Source: a virus
Reading direction: 5' to 3' (one strand)
Length of the DNA stretch: 64,000 nt
IMG/VR virus record: IMGVR_UViG_3300044680_000048
Coordinates: 32,001 to 96,000 of that record
The first letter of the stretch is position 1. Each line of letters begins with the position of its first letter. Below are positions 27,305-37,165 of this stretch, piece after piece. Below the pieces are notes generated by a model that did no database searches, had not been told where the DNA came from, and was given only the letters and a program-made list of their open reading frames with translations. Made by a program: the position numbers and the translations under genes.

Positions 27305-30300
27305 AGAGGCTGTAGAGGCAATAGTTATTGTGCTATTAGTAGAATTAAGAGTTAATGTAGTATTGGACCCGGCAACTAATGCATTAGTTAAAGCTGAGTA
27401 TATATCAGTAGCTACAGGTGCTCTAAAAGTAGGCTTGTTTGCAGCTCCTGTTGTAGGTCCAAATAACCCTGTTCCTGAAGCTTGATTAATTAGAGAAAGT
27501 TGAAGAGTTCCGTTAGCTGTAAGAGGAGAATTTGTTGCTGGAGAGGTAAAAATTACATTATCTGTAGTTAATCCAACAGAGGTTAAAGCCCCAGAAGCAT
27601 AATTACTTAAGGTTATAGAATTAGCCGCATTACTAACTGTAATTCCTACACCAGTTATATTAGCCGGACTATAAGATCCTCCAGAAGTAGATCCTATAGG
27701 TATTTGACCATCTGTAGGGACAGTAGAAACTCCAGTTCCACCTGAGTAGACACTGGCTATCTGAGGCTTGATAGTTCTCCAACCACTAATTCCATCACTT
27801 ATAACGCCCATGACTTGGAATTTCAGCATGGTTTTGGATGTAGAACCGCCATCAAAGGTATCGGTTCCATTAGTAGTTACAGTACAAGCATTAGTCCCAG
27901 TAACAGTATTATTATTAAAATAAAATACTTCTGCTACAACACTTGAAGCAGCCGGGAGAATCAAGGTTACAGGAGCAGTTGAGGCATCCATATTCTGGTA
28001 GCCCGGAGAAGTATTGGTTAAAGTTGCACTAACTGTAGCTGAAGCGAATCCTTGGAATAAATTAACATAAGCCGGGAGTCCATTAACTACTCCTATTGCT
28101 TGAGAAGTTAAACCAACTCCTAAAGCAGACTCTACATTGGCATTTGTGAAGTAAGGAATATCTCCCATAGTTCCTACTGCCGAAAGATTAATCTGTGGAG
28201 TTGAAGTTGAATTGGTTACATTAACTGCAATTGAAGGAATAGAACTACTGGCAGATACAGAACTTACTGTGCCGGAACCTCCTCCTGAAGCAGTAGAGGC
28301 AATAGTAATAACACTTCCATTATTAGTTAGAGTAATATTATTTCCGGCAGCTAGGGCTCCAGTAAGATCACTACCCGTAAGGTTCCTAAATGTAGGAGCT
28401 GCATTACCACCACTTGCTGGACCGGCAAAGATAAGTCCTGAGGCTTGATTTACAAAAGTTCCTGTTAAAGTTCCAGAATTTATAACAGGAGAGCCTGAAA
28501 CAGTAAATATGGTATTAGGGAGACTTAATGCTACAGAGGTAACTGTCCCATTGGTATTTGAGCTTCCGGCATTAGAAATAATGTTTAAAGTATTTCCATT
28601 GTTTGTTAATGAAAGGTTACTTCCACTAACTGTAATTGCATTAGTTAGGTCACTTCCTACTATATTGCGATAAATTGGAGAATTTGGACTTCCAGAAGCT
28701 GGACCACTTAAGAAAGTACCAGAGGCTGCACTTGATAGATTAAAACTTAAAGTTGGCGTAGTATTTGAAGTGCTAACTGATGTTGTAAAAATTGGATTGG
28801 CAGTGCCCGCTGAAAAAGAAGTTACTGTCCCACTAGTATTAGAAGAACCAGCAGCGCTGATAATAACATTAGAACCATTGTTATTGACTGTAACATTAGT
28901 TCCGGCTTGAATAATTGATCCTAAATCATATCCAACTAAATTCCTGTAAGAAGGACTTCCCACAGCCCCACTTGCAGGTCCAGATAAAATTTGACCAGAA
29001 GCTGTATTGGATAGACTAAAACTTAAAACTGGAGTAGTAGTTGAATTAGCAACTGAAGTTGTGAACACGGGATTAGCCGAACCAGCCGAAAAGTTTGTAA
29101 CGGTTCCTGAACTAGAGCCACTTCCAGCTACTGCTGAAATAGTTAGAACTCCTCCACTATTATTAAAGTTTATATTAGCCCCAGCAGCAAGACTTCCAAT
29201 TAAATCATTACTATTTAATGTCCTATAAGTAGGAGCAGTAGAACTACCTGAAGTTGGACCAGCTAAAAAGGTTGCCGAAGCTGCATTGGAAATAGTATAA
29301 GAAATGGAAGGTGCAGTAGTAGGGTTAGAAACCGCACTTGTAAATATAGGAGCTAGGTTTCCAGAAGAGACAGAAGTGACTGAACCATTCCCGCTCGATG
29401 TTGAAGATATTATTATATTTCCATCGGAATTTCCAATGTTTATATTACTTCCAGCAGTTAAGCTATTAGGAACCCAACCTGTGGCAGATCCTATTAACAG
29501 TTGTCCAGGACTATTACCTTGAGGAAGATCTGTTAAGACCATTGCTCGAAAATTAGGAGTTCCAGAAGTGGAACTTGGTGAAGCAAATATCTGTCCAGAA
29601 GATTGTGAAGATAAGGTGTGAGAAATTACGGGAGTAGTAGTAGGGTTAGTTGTACTAGAAGTAAACAGTCCGGTAAGTCCTGAGTCACTTACGGAAGTTA
29701 CTGAACCTGAAGCATTATTAGTAGCAGTAATTGTTATCTGAGAACCATTATTGCTTAAACTGATCCCAGAACCATTATTGAAGTTTCCGAAAATATCATT
29801 ACTGATAATTCCCCGATAACTTGGGGCTCCAGCAGTGCCAGAAGCAGGTCCGGCAAGAAATTGTCCTGAGGCTTGATTTGTTAGAGAAAAAGTAGTACTA
29901 GGTGTTGTAGTTGAAGTAGCTGTGGTGGAAGTAAAGATAGGAGAAAGGTTGCCAACAGCGACACTTGTTACTGACCCACTAGCTAAACCAGTTGCGGAAA
30001 TAGTTCCACCAGAAGATATGTTTATATTACTTCCAGCAGTTAAAGTAGGAACTACATCAGAAGCTGTTAATGGTCTAAATCCAGGAGTGGCATTTCCACC
30101 AGAGATTGGTCCAGCATACACCTGCCCTGAAGCTTGACTAGTAACAGTAAAGGTTAAATTAGGTGTGCTGGTGGGTGTAGCTACGGATGTAGTAAAAAGC
30201 CCACCAGCATTTCCAGAAGTGAAACTACTTACTGTTCCACTACCACCAGAAGAGGCAATGACTAGGCTACTTCCCACTAAGGTTAGAGTAATATTTGAAC

Positions 30301-30838
30301 CCGCAGAGAGGGCAGAAATTAAATCTGAACCAACATGTAATCTATAGTATGGAGTTGCCGCAGACCCTGTTACAGGTCCTGCTAAAAACTGACCAGAAGG
30401 AGCAGAAGATAAGAGAAAACTTAATGCTGGTGTGGAAGTGGGATTGGAAACTGAAGTGGTGAATATAGGATTTGCTATTCCAGCCGAAAAGTTTGTTACT
30501 GTTCCTAATCCAGCTCCAGAAGACCCAATAGTTAATGTATTGGTCCCAGCAGTTAGAGAGATTCCGGCACCTGCTACTAACTTGAAAGAATTAGGAAGGT
30601 TGGACGTTTCATTAGCTTGAGTTACATAGGTGCCGGAAGGATAACCTCCACCAGCAGCCGAGACTGTTAAATTTCCACCTGAGAAGGTTAACGTGATATT
30701 ACTTCCGGCAGCAATAACACTTGCTCCGGTAAGAGTAGAGTTAGAAGAAGTTAATAGATAAGGAGCATTCGTAGGCGCTCCACCAGAGCTTCCTCCGGTA
30801 GATGAACTAAAGAATATTGGGGGAAAGAAAAACTTCAC
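26498..30838 (-). CDS. giant repeat-containing fibre protein (1446 aa)
   Basis: It has about ten repeats of 85-100 aa, an internal non-repeat domain, a Gly6 linker and a 262-aa C-terminal domain. It has almost no charged residues. Confidence 0.7.
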   Translation of the reverse strand: MKFFFPPIFFSSSTGGSSGGAPTNAPYLLTSSNSTLTGASVIAAGSNITLTFSGGNLTVSAAGGGYPSGTYVTQANETSNLPNSFKLVAGAGISLTAGTNTLTIGSSGAGLGTVTNFSAGIANPIFTTSVSNPTSTPALSFLLSSAPSGQFLAGPVTGSAATPYYRLHVGSDLISALSAGSNITLTLVGSSLVIASSGGSGTVSSFTSGNAGGLFTTSVATPTSTPNLTFTVTSQASGQVYAGPISGGNATPGFRPLTASDVVPTLTAGSNINISSGGTISATGLASGSVTSVAVGNLSPIFTSTTATSTTTPSTTFSLTNQASGQFLAGPASGTAGAPSYRGIISNDIFGNFNNGSGISLSNNGSQITITATNNASGSVTSVSDSGLTGLFTSSTTNPTTTPVISHTLSSQSSGQIFASPSSTSGTPNFRAMVLTDLPQGNSPGQLLIGSATGWVPNSLTAGSNINIGNSDGNIIISSTSSGNGSVTSVSSGNLAPIFTSAVSNPTTAPSISYTISNAASATFLAGPTSGSSTAPTYRTLNSNDLIGSLAAGANINFNNSGGVLTISAVAGSGSSSGTVTNFSAGSANPVFTTSVANSTTTPVLSFSLSNTASGQILSGPASGAVGSPSYRNLVGYDLGSIIQAGTNVTVNNNGSNVIISAAGSSNTSGTVTSFSAGTANPIFTTSVSTSNTTPTLSFNLSSAASGTFLSGPASGSPNSPIYRNIVGSDLTNAITVSGSNLSLTNNGNTLNIISNAGSSNTNGTVTSVALSLPNTIFTVSGSPVINSGTLTGTFVNQASGLIFAGPASGGNAAPTFRNLTGSDLTGALAAGNNITLTNNGSVITIASTASGGGSGTVSSVSASSSIPSIAVNVTNSTSTPQINLSAVGTMGDIPYFTNANVESALGVGLTSQAIGVVNGLPAYVNLFQGFASATVSATLTNTSPGYQNMDASTAPVTLILPAASSVVAEVFYFNNNTVTGTNACTVTTNGTDTFDGGSTSKTMLKFQVMGVISDGISGWRTIKPQIASVYSGGTGVSTVPTDGQIPIGSTSGGSYSPANITGVGITVSNAANSITLSNYASGALTSVGLTTDNVIFTSPATNSPLTANGTLQLSLINQASGTGLFGPTTGAANKPTFRAPVATDIYSALTNALVAGSNTTLTLNSTNSTITIASTASGGGGGGLPSGGNIGQTIQNTGSGTGAWVNSYMFPSITCARPRRWGTYSYPAVATTSVYFSGGLNTVSPTNSGTATTLWGTAGLDFAVNFATSTTSGTYAGSSSQANANWGVFNNTYPGPRYIATIRTGSSSTDIQNCRIWVGMLGGGAAYCTGTNTPGTAVSVAAFRYSPAVDATQYWRCVTGTGSAQNVITTTVPINYNTVYTMAVDCSIPGTVSFYISTNGGASVLAASTTTDVPISGVACNVETITTLSTTAVNIATKSVFMDAE
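27305..30505 (-). repeat. ~270-300-bp coding repeats of the fibre (about 10 units, interrupted around aa 860-1040)
   Basis: The repeat unit reads G[ST]VT[SN][VF]S.G...P[IV]FT[ST]SV.N.T.TP.LSF.LS..ASGQ.LAGPASG....P.YR.L...DL. The similar antisense shadow ORFs at 27267, 28212, 29007, 29304, 29922, 30165 and 30432 reflect this periodicity. Confidence 0.75.
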
Positions 30839-30839
30839 C

Positions 30840-31244
30840 TTACGGAATATCTCCTACTACTTTTATTGTGGCAGGGTTTGCCGGATCAGGATTAGAAATT
30901 ACAAATCTTACCCACCTAGGAACCATGTAACAAAGTACTTCAATAAAGTCTGTATTGGTTAAACTAGAGCCGGAAGAAAGTTGATAAGTAGTTGCGCCTG
31001 TCTCATATATAGGTACGTTACTTCCTCCTATTACTATAGGAAGGGTTCCATTAGCGGTTGGGTCACTATTGCCGCAACCTGCATAACAATTTACTACCAG
31101 ACCAGAAGCCAGAAGAGAGGCATAGGTAGCACTTACGCCAATTGTTACTGGACTATTTTGGAAATTAAAAGTGTCTACATCGAAAGTATAACTGCCGCTA
31201 GCTGCGAGAGTTGAAACAGGAACAATTATCTGAAAATTGGACAT
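30840..31244 (-). CDS. small Gly/Ser/Thr/Val-rich virion-type protein, family member 2 (134 aa)
   Basis: It has AASGSYTFDVDT near the N-terminus and ends in IKVVGDIP, compared with TLLGDAL in member 1. It lies immediately upstream of the fibre gene. Confidence 0.5.
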   Translation of the reverse strand: MSNFQIIVPVSTLAASGSYTFDVDTFNFQNSPVTIGVSATYASLLASGLVVNCYAGCGNSDPTANGTLPIVIGGSNVPIYETGATTYQLSSGSSLTNTDFIEVLCYMVPRWVRFVISNPDPANPATIKVVGDIP

Positions 31245-31370
31245 TTATTGTCCCTTTTTCTTCTTTTTTTTCTTTTCCGATTTAGGTTTATCAAGCCCTT
31301 TAGCAAGGAAAATCAGTTCCGTAGATTCTGACTTCTGCACTTCAGCAACTTTTTTATCAGTATTAATCAT
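31245..31370 (-). CDS. small Lys-tailed hypothetical protein (41 aa, below the track cutoff)
   Basis: Hand translation gives MINTDKKVAEVQKSESTELIFLAKGLDKPKSEKKKKKKKGQ. An AAGGA box lies upstream, and the stop abuts the next ATG. Confidence 0.3.
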   Translation of the reverse strand: MINTDKKVAEVQKSESTELIFLAKGLDKPKSEKKKKKKKGQ

Positions 31371-31394
31371 TATATATCCTTAAGAGACACCTGA

Positions 31395-31403
31395 ATTGTA
31401 ACT
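31395..31403 (-). promoter_or_regulatory. AGTTACAAT promoter-like box
   Basis: The minus strand reads ATATCTAGTTACAATTC, overlapping the portal stop and 25 nt upstream of the ATG at 31370. Confidence 0.4.
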
Positions 31404-32916
31404 AGATATCTTGGTATGGAAGAGTATCAATTACAGCTTCTTCCCCTACTGGTAGTTTCATAGGAGTTGCCGGAGGTACTACTTCAGAAGCAACTGAGAT
31501 ATTGGGAAGAACCCTTAGAGGTTTCTTACCAGCAGTTCCACCTAGAGGAGGAAGTTTAGCTATTTCAGTTCTGGCTTCATCAACAGACATAAATCCATCC
31601 AATTTACCAATATCAACTAAGGACTTAGCCATATTCATAGTAAAGGAATTGAATCTATCCCTTGCCCGAATCTGTACGTCTTTTATTCCGGCTCTGGGAA
31701 GGATTTCAGAATTAATGAAATTATCAACTATCTTAACTACTTGATAGATAGCTTTATCAAAGATATCAGCAGCTTCATCAGCAAGAGAAGCAGCATGGTA
31801 TTGCTGATTAGCATTAGTAATAATTCCTAAACGTTCATGGGGGACACCCATTACATGAGCAACCTGTTTAGCAGCTTTATCAGAAGTTTTGTGGAAGGCT
31901 CCATCTAAGTCAGCCAGATTATTCATCTGTTTAATATCACGGGCACCCGTAAGGACTACAGTATCAAATCCGGCTCTGGCTCCAGAATGGTTTGCCCGAA
32001 GTTCATTTTCCATTTGACGGGCAAGAGCCATACTATTAGCCCCGGGAATTCCCGTAGTAGACTTATTATTATCCATAAGGATAGCCATGCCAATAAGACC
32101 GCCTTTCTGGAAGACCATATTGTTATACATAGAAGCCTGAAGATCTGCTTCTAAATCAGTCAAGAGAGTAGCCAATGGGGCATTTCCTAAATCATAATGT
32201 CTCATTGACCGGCGGTAGACACAATGCTTAAGTTGGTCCACTTCAAATATATAAGCTACAAATCCCACATAATAAATCCATTGGACAACTCTTTGTCCAT
32301 CAGGACTAAATCTTGGTTCAAGGTATTGCGGAAGAAGGATTTTAAGATCCTTAAGTCCACCCAACATATTATTTCTGGGCCAAACCCAAAAGTTACCATA
32401 AATCTTAAGGTGATCTACAAGCTCTAGACGGAGTTCATCTATCCGGAATTCCTTACAAACTCTCTTAGCTTTCTCAAAATTCTTCTCATTACCTACTAAG
32501 TAGTAACCATCAGAAGCAATTTCCCTAGAGAACTCTTCCCGGCAACACCATACAGCCCAATGGTTCTCAGCCAAGAAGGCGAAAATCCCAAAAGGGTTAG
32601 GGAATAACTGCCAGAAATTAGATCCTTGTGCCCGGAATCCATATAAATCTCCAAGCCCAAACATCCCAAAATACTTATTCTGTTGCTGTAACCCCTTACT
32701 CTCTACATAAGTCTTAGTAAAAGAAGCAGCTTCACTCTTAAATTGATTAATTAATTTAAAGGCAGTTTGTGGATCTTTATAAGTAGAGAGGGAAGAAAGT
32801 TGAGTAACTAATCCATTAATTCTACCAATAGCCGCTTTCTCTACTGGATCTGAAATTACAAGAGCTTCGGCAGCCTTCTTTAGGGCTTTCTCTTTCTTCT
32901 TTTTCTTCTTACTCAA
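31402..32916 (-). CDS. portal protein candidate (504 aa)
   Basis: The size and its position one gene downstream of the large terminase support the call. TTG start gives a poly-Lys N-terminus (MSKKKKKKEK). No motif-level confirmation is possible here. Confidence 0.5.
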   Translation of the reverse strand: MSKKKKKKEKALKKAAEALVISDPVEKAAIGRINGLVTQLSSLSTYKDPQTAFKLINQFKSEAASFTKTYVESKGLQQQNKYFGMFGLGDLYGFRAQGSNFWQLFPNPFGIFAFLAENHWAVWCCREEFSREIASDGYYLVGNEKNFEKAKRVCKEFRIDELRLELVDHLKIYGNFWVWPRNNMLGGLKDLKILLPQYLEPRFSPDGQRVVQWIYYVGFVAYIFEVDQLKHCVYRRSMRHYDLGNAPLATLLTDLEADLQASMYNNMVFQKGGLIGMAILMDNNKSTTGIPGANSMALARQMENELRANHSGARAGFDTVVLTGARDIKQMNNLADLDGAFHKTSDKAAKQVAHVMGVPHERLGIITNANQQYHAASLADEAADIFDKAIYQVVKIVDNFINSEILPRAGIKDVQIRARDRFNSFTMNMAKSLVDIGKLDGFMSVDEARTEIAKLPPLGGTAGKKPLRVLPNISVASEVVPPATPMKLPVGEEAVIDTLPYQDI

Positions 32917-32972
32917 GGCTATCCCAAATTTTAGAAACTATTTATGAGTTTAGCTTTAGGTGGCTCAATAAG

Positions 32973-32997
32973 AAAAAGCCTCCAGAAATGGAGGCTT
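32973..32997 (-). terminator. intrinsic terminator on the minus strand
   Basis: The minus strand reads AGCCTCC-ATTTCT-GGAGGCT followed by TTTTT, downstream of ORF 33022-33519. Confidence 0.55.
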
Positions 32998-33021
32998 AGT
33001 TCTTGAGATGTTCGGACTAAA

Positions 33022-33519
33022 CTACTGAACTACAAACTGAGAGGTACTGGTGTAACCTTGTCCATCACCCCGGAGTTTACTAGCCGTAGCTAAATAACCC
33101 GCACTAACAGTGTGCCAGTTCTCACCTGCCGTACAGACGTACAGGCAAAGGACAGTGAATACACCTTGAGTGCTTGTGAAGGTTGAACCTGTTCCTGAAT
33201 CTTGCATCAAGACGCCTACCCAAGAGGCAGCAGAAGTTGTATAGAAGATTAGGTCTTGGATCGTGGTCGTATTGAAGGTTGCACTAGCAGCTCCAGCATA
33301 GGTGATAGCACCTGAAGAAGCAGCAGCAGCTACTTTAACAACATTGGACCCAGAGGCGGTTTGTCCAATTACCATTACTACACCAGGAACACCCATATGG
33401 AAAGTTCCGGAAGCACTGGAGTTAGACGGATAGATTGAGGGGAGTCCCAGATCAGCTACTGGGAGAACTTGGGAACCAGCGAGTTTAAATGCTTGTCCAC
33501 CAGCTTCAGGTAATGCCAT
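33022..33519 (-). CDS. small Gly/Ala/Ser/Thr-rich virion-type protein, family member 3 (165 aa)
   Basis: It carries a SASGTFHM motif and has a composition similar to members 1 and 2. It lies between the terminase and portal genes. Confidence 0.5.
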   Translation of the reverse strand: MALPEAGGQAFKLAGSQVLPVADLGLPSIYPSNSSASGTFHMGVPGVVMVIGQTASGSNVVKVAAAASSGAITYAGAASATFNTTTIQDLIFYTTSAASWVGVLMQDSGTGSTFTSTQGVFTVLCLYVCTAGENWHTVSAGYLATASKLRGDGQGYTSTSQFVVQ

Positions 33520-33648
33520 TTATTTAAATGTCCTTTTTTATAGAGGGGTAAAAATCATCCCGTTCCCATTTAAGGTATCAAAGATAACATTAATTATTTT
33601 AGCTGGTAAACCTAAAGTTTAGGTTTATGTTTACAAGGATCGGCCAAA

Positions 33649-36573
33649 TTACCAGAGACGGAAGCCCAGTCCACCTAAGAACTCCTTAAAGGATTGATTT
33701 TCCTTTCGGTCTATCTCATCTTGGATTTGTTGTTGAGCGGATCTTTGATGGCGGGAAGATTCTGTTTCATGTCCTTCATTAGTTCCCATTTGAGGAGTTT
33801 TATCTTTTCTTTCCGGCACATCCTTATATATAGTTTCTATTTCACCAGAAGGTTTTTGTTCAACTGAAACTTTATCTACAATAACAAGACCGGCGGAATC
33901 CTTCATATCCTTCAATATATTATATTGATGGTAGATGACATAGGAGAGAGCATCAGTAGGGTGAGTCATACAGTAAATTCTGTCTCTGCGGGTAGCCCGC
34001 TTAGCATTAGCATCCCCATTAGGGTCCAGTTGATCCCTGAGGGATTTATCCTTCCACTTAAGTTCTTCCAGAGATTTAATAGTATTTTCACAATTGGGGG
34101 AGATTAGAAGAAATCCATCCTCACATGCGTGGTTCATGGTATCCGTTCTTTCTTTAATGGGCATAGTATTGGTATCTGTGACCATTTCACAGAAGAAACC
34201 ATTACCTTCAAGGATTCTAATAATCTGTGCCGGACGAGTAAGTTCACGGGAAGTCTGTCCTCCCCATCCATGAGGATCACAGAAGATGAAAACTGTCTGA
34301 CCTAAATAGTCTGGCTTATATCTCCGGACAAATTCATTAGCTACGTCTACAACATTAGCTCCCCCATATGGATTATCCATAGTAGGACCAAACATTACTA
34401 TTTCATCTTTAACGGTAAATTTTCCATCTTCATATTGTCCAATGATAGAGCATTGAGGTTTAAGGTTAAAATCTAAAGCCCAGAAGTAATCCTTGGTGGG
34501 ATCAATATCCGATTTTTCTTCTAAAACATTACCTAGAAGGGTGAATTTATTGTATACATAATCGTCCCGGATATCCATGTTGGTCTTACCCTGAACATAG
34601 ATTTTAAACATAGTCTCATCATAGGTATCTAACATTCCCTGAAAGTAGTCTGCGGGAAGATGTTTATTATGCATTGACTCGGATTTGATTACCCGAGTAT
34701 ATTGTTGATCTCCGGGACAGAAGAATCTTTCTCCTTTCCACGTCCAATAGTCCTTAGAAGACTTACAGCTGGGACACTTGTAATCTAATCCATCCTTTTC
34801 CCAAGTAACCCTTTTCTGATAGGAAAGAAGACATTTAATACAAATCTGACATTGACAAGGTTTTCCTACTGATATTTCTACGGGGTGTTCAGAAGTGTCA
34901 ACTCCATCGAAGCGTTTAAATTCAAACTCTTGATTCATCCAACCGTCACGGGTTTTTTCTGGATTTGTACAAAGAATAATCTGCCTAACTTCTGGAATAT
35001 TTAAACGCAGACGGGAAAGCAAAGTATAATAAGAGTCCGCATTAGGTAGAAGGTGAGGTTCTTCTACTCCAATGATTCCTGCGTTAGCTCCAACTATTTT
35101 AATGAAATTAGTTAAATTGACTAAAGTTAAATCCGAACCATTTGCAAATCTTAAATTATTCTGTTGATCCGAGAGTCTATTAAGGATTGCCGGATGATCC
35201 CATTCCTCATCAATAGTGAACATTGTCTTAAGGGTGGGTATCAGGTTTCTTTTCAATAGAGGAGCATCCATCCCGCCAATGATAGATTTACATCCAGGAT
35301 TGCTACAAAGTGCATCGACGATGCAAGCGTCCATTCCAAAACTGTTATGAACAACAGTGAAGTCATCTAGAAGAAAAAGAGAATCTCCATCAACAGTAAA
35401 TCCATAATAGTTACCCACGCCTAGTTTTTTAATAGTAACCCCAGTAACTAAAGGATCTTTCTTTAATGGGGAAAACCTAATCTTTTTTCTTTCAATTTTC
35501 GTAGGTATTCTATAAACATCTCCATAAATACAAACTTCATAACAAGTATGTACTGCTCCAGTAGAGATATTACCAGAAGCCCTTTTTTCTACTCTGTCTC
35601 TTTTACGAAAGGTAACTCCCAGTCCTAAACTTTTTGCAAGAAACTCAATTTGTTTGGCAATTAATTCATTTTTTTGAGTTATTGTAAAAGAAGCTTTACC
35701 ACCTTTATCATTTTTAGAGACTGTTCCATCACTATCTATTAAGCCAGCCAAAAACTGTAATCTATCACTTTCGGAACTTGTTAGGTAATCATGAGGTATG
35801 TGTTTATTATTTAAAACATTAAGTTCTCTTAAGTTATTTAAAAAAGTATTACACCCTTTGGACCTTGAATTAATAGAAGTGGTTGAATAATGTAAATTGT
35901 CGCCATGATCTGTTAGTTTTAATCCTAATTTTAAGGCATACTCTTCAAAATAATTAACTACCTCAAAATCTGGACTGGTTATTCTAGTATTATTAGAATT
36001 TCCATTTCCAACCCAATAGGATAATATATAAGGATCTATTAATAATTCTTTAGTGTTAGGGAAATTAATTAGGCTACTTCGATAAATCCTATGTCTTTTT
36101 TGGTCATGTTTAGATAAGGATAAATATTCCTTTACTGATAAATTTTTTATAGTTCCATTAGGTACCTTATAAAGGTCAGTAGTTTTCAAAGAAAGAATAT
36201 GGGATTCATTACAAATAAAAGATGAACCCTTATTGGGAATTACCTTGTATAACATATCCTCTCCTTTAGCTAAAGAAAGGACATTTCTAGGCTTAGAGTC
36301 AGGTCCCATTACCTGATCTCCCTCTACCACATCTTGAACCATTTTAATGGTCCCATCATACATTAATATGGGGGTATCAATCCCAAAACACTTACCTGAA
36401 CTTTTTTAGCCGAAGCCACCCACAGAAATTAATGCATCACTGGTATGCCAGTGAGGGCGTTTATTTGGCGGCATCTTCGAAATAAAGTAGCGCTTTTGTA
36501 ATTCATTAGGACCAGGTTCAGCAGATTTAGAACCGGTAGTCCAGAGATTCACAGGTGGAATAGGCTTCGACAT
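33649..36573 (-). CDS. terL: terminase large subunit, interrupted by a P-loop intein and carrying an in-frame TAA at 36406-36408
   Basis: An AGGAGG box lies 8 nt upstream of the ATG at 36573. The N-extein MSKPIPPVNLW...ALISVGGFG-stop-KSSGK is in frame with the 904-aa track ORF. Splicing gives G-x-K-S-S-G-K-S, which matches Walker A GxxxxGK[ST]. Walker B is GIIGVEE, and LCTNP is the coupling motif. Confidence 0.75.
35344..36390 (-). mobile_element. intein with LAGLIDADG homing endonuclease (349 aa) inserted in the terL P-loop
   Basis: It starts at Cys (CFGIDTPILMYDGT). Block B is CNESHILSL. The LAGLIDADG motifs are YWVGNGNS and LAGLIDSDGTV. The C-terminal splice junction is FTVVHN followed by Ser. 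Confidence 0.85.
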
Positions 36574-36587
36574 ATATCACCTCCTAA

Positions 36588-37157
36588 TTATTCATCGTCA
36601 TCATCAAAATACTGATGATTATCAGTAGTAATCCTCTTAGGATCTACAACTTCTGTCACTTCTAAATGATTTCCAGAACCTGCTAGGTCTGTATTACCAG
36701 AAGTCATCTGAACTTGTTTAAGTCTTTCCGATTGAACTACTATCTGTAATAGACGGAGTTCATTCTGGATGACCATATTGGTTTCTTCCCGCGCTTGTTT
36801 ATTTGCATCAATAGCCGCTTTAAGGTCAACCTTATATATAGGATTACCTAAGGCATCTGCTCCACTAGGAACTCCTTCTTCCGCCATCTTAGCTATTCGT
36901 TTATAATTATCTAACCGGACTCTAGGGGAAGACATTTCATGAGATTCTAAATCCTCTCGGGCAAACTTCCTTAAAATATTTATATCAGATTTGTATTGAC
37001 GGGAGATTTGCCCTATAATAGACTCAATAGATTCTTCGGAAGAAGTTTCCCGGAAGACTCTTCGATATTTGTCCTTAACTGCATAAATATTGTCAGTTCT
37101 GGCCATTTCAGTAATGAGCCAAACTTTCTTATAAAAGGGGAACTCTTCATCTATCAT
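36588..37157 (-). CDS. putative terminase small subunit (189 aa)
   Basis: The call rests on position only: it lies immediately upstream of terL and is the first gene of the leftward operon. It is helical with an acidic C-terminus. Confidence 0.35.
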   Translation of the reverse strand: MIDEEFPFYKKVWLITEMARTDNIYAVKDKYRRVFRETSSEESIESIIGQISRQYKSDINILRKFAREDLESHEMSSPRVRLDNYKRIAKMAEEGVPSGADALGNPIYKVDLKAAIDANKQAREETNMVIQNELRLLQIVVQSERLKQVQMTSGNTDLAGSGNHLEVTEVVDPKRITTDNHQYFDDDDE

Positions 37158-37165
37158 GCTTAGGA

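Noticed and set aside
27267-30620. Seven plus-strand ORFs of 60-78 aa (27267, 28212, 29007, 29304, 29922, 30165, 30432) with mutually similar Pro/Glu/Ala/Val-rich translations
   Set aside because: They are antisense shadows of the fibre coding repeats. Their similarity to each other only mirrors the ~270-300-bp repeat period. They have no Shine-Dalgarno sites, and the long minus-strand ORF explains the region.
33608-33626. Palindrome AAACCTAAA-G-TTTAGGTTT downstream of terL as an intrinsic terminator
   Set aside because: No T tract follows on the minus strand, and the central part cannot form a loop. It may be a protein-binding palindrome, but there is no support for either role.
36400-36412. 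Ribosomal or transcriptional slippage on the A6 run next to the terL TAA as the way to bypass the stop
   Set aside because: The upstream and downstream parts are already in the same frame. Any +1 or -1 shift runs into stops within about 15 codons and loses the intein Cys1.
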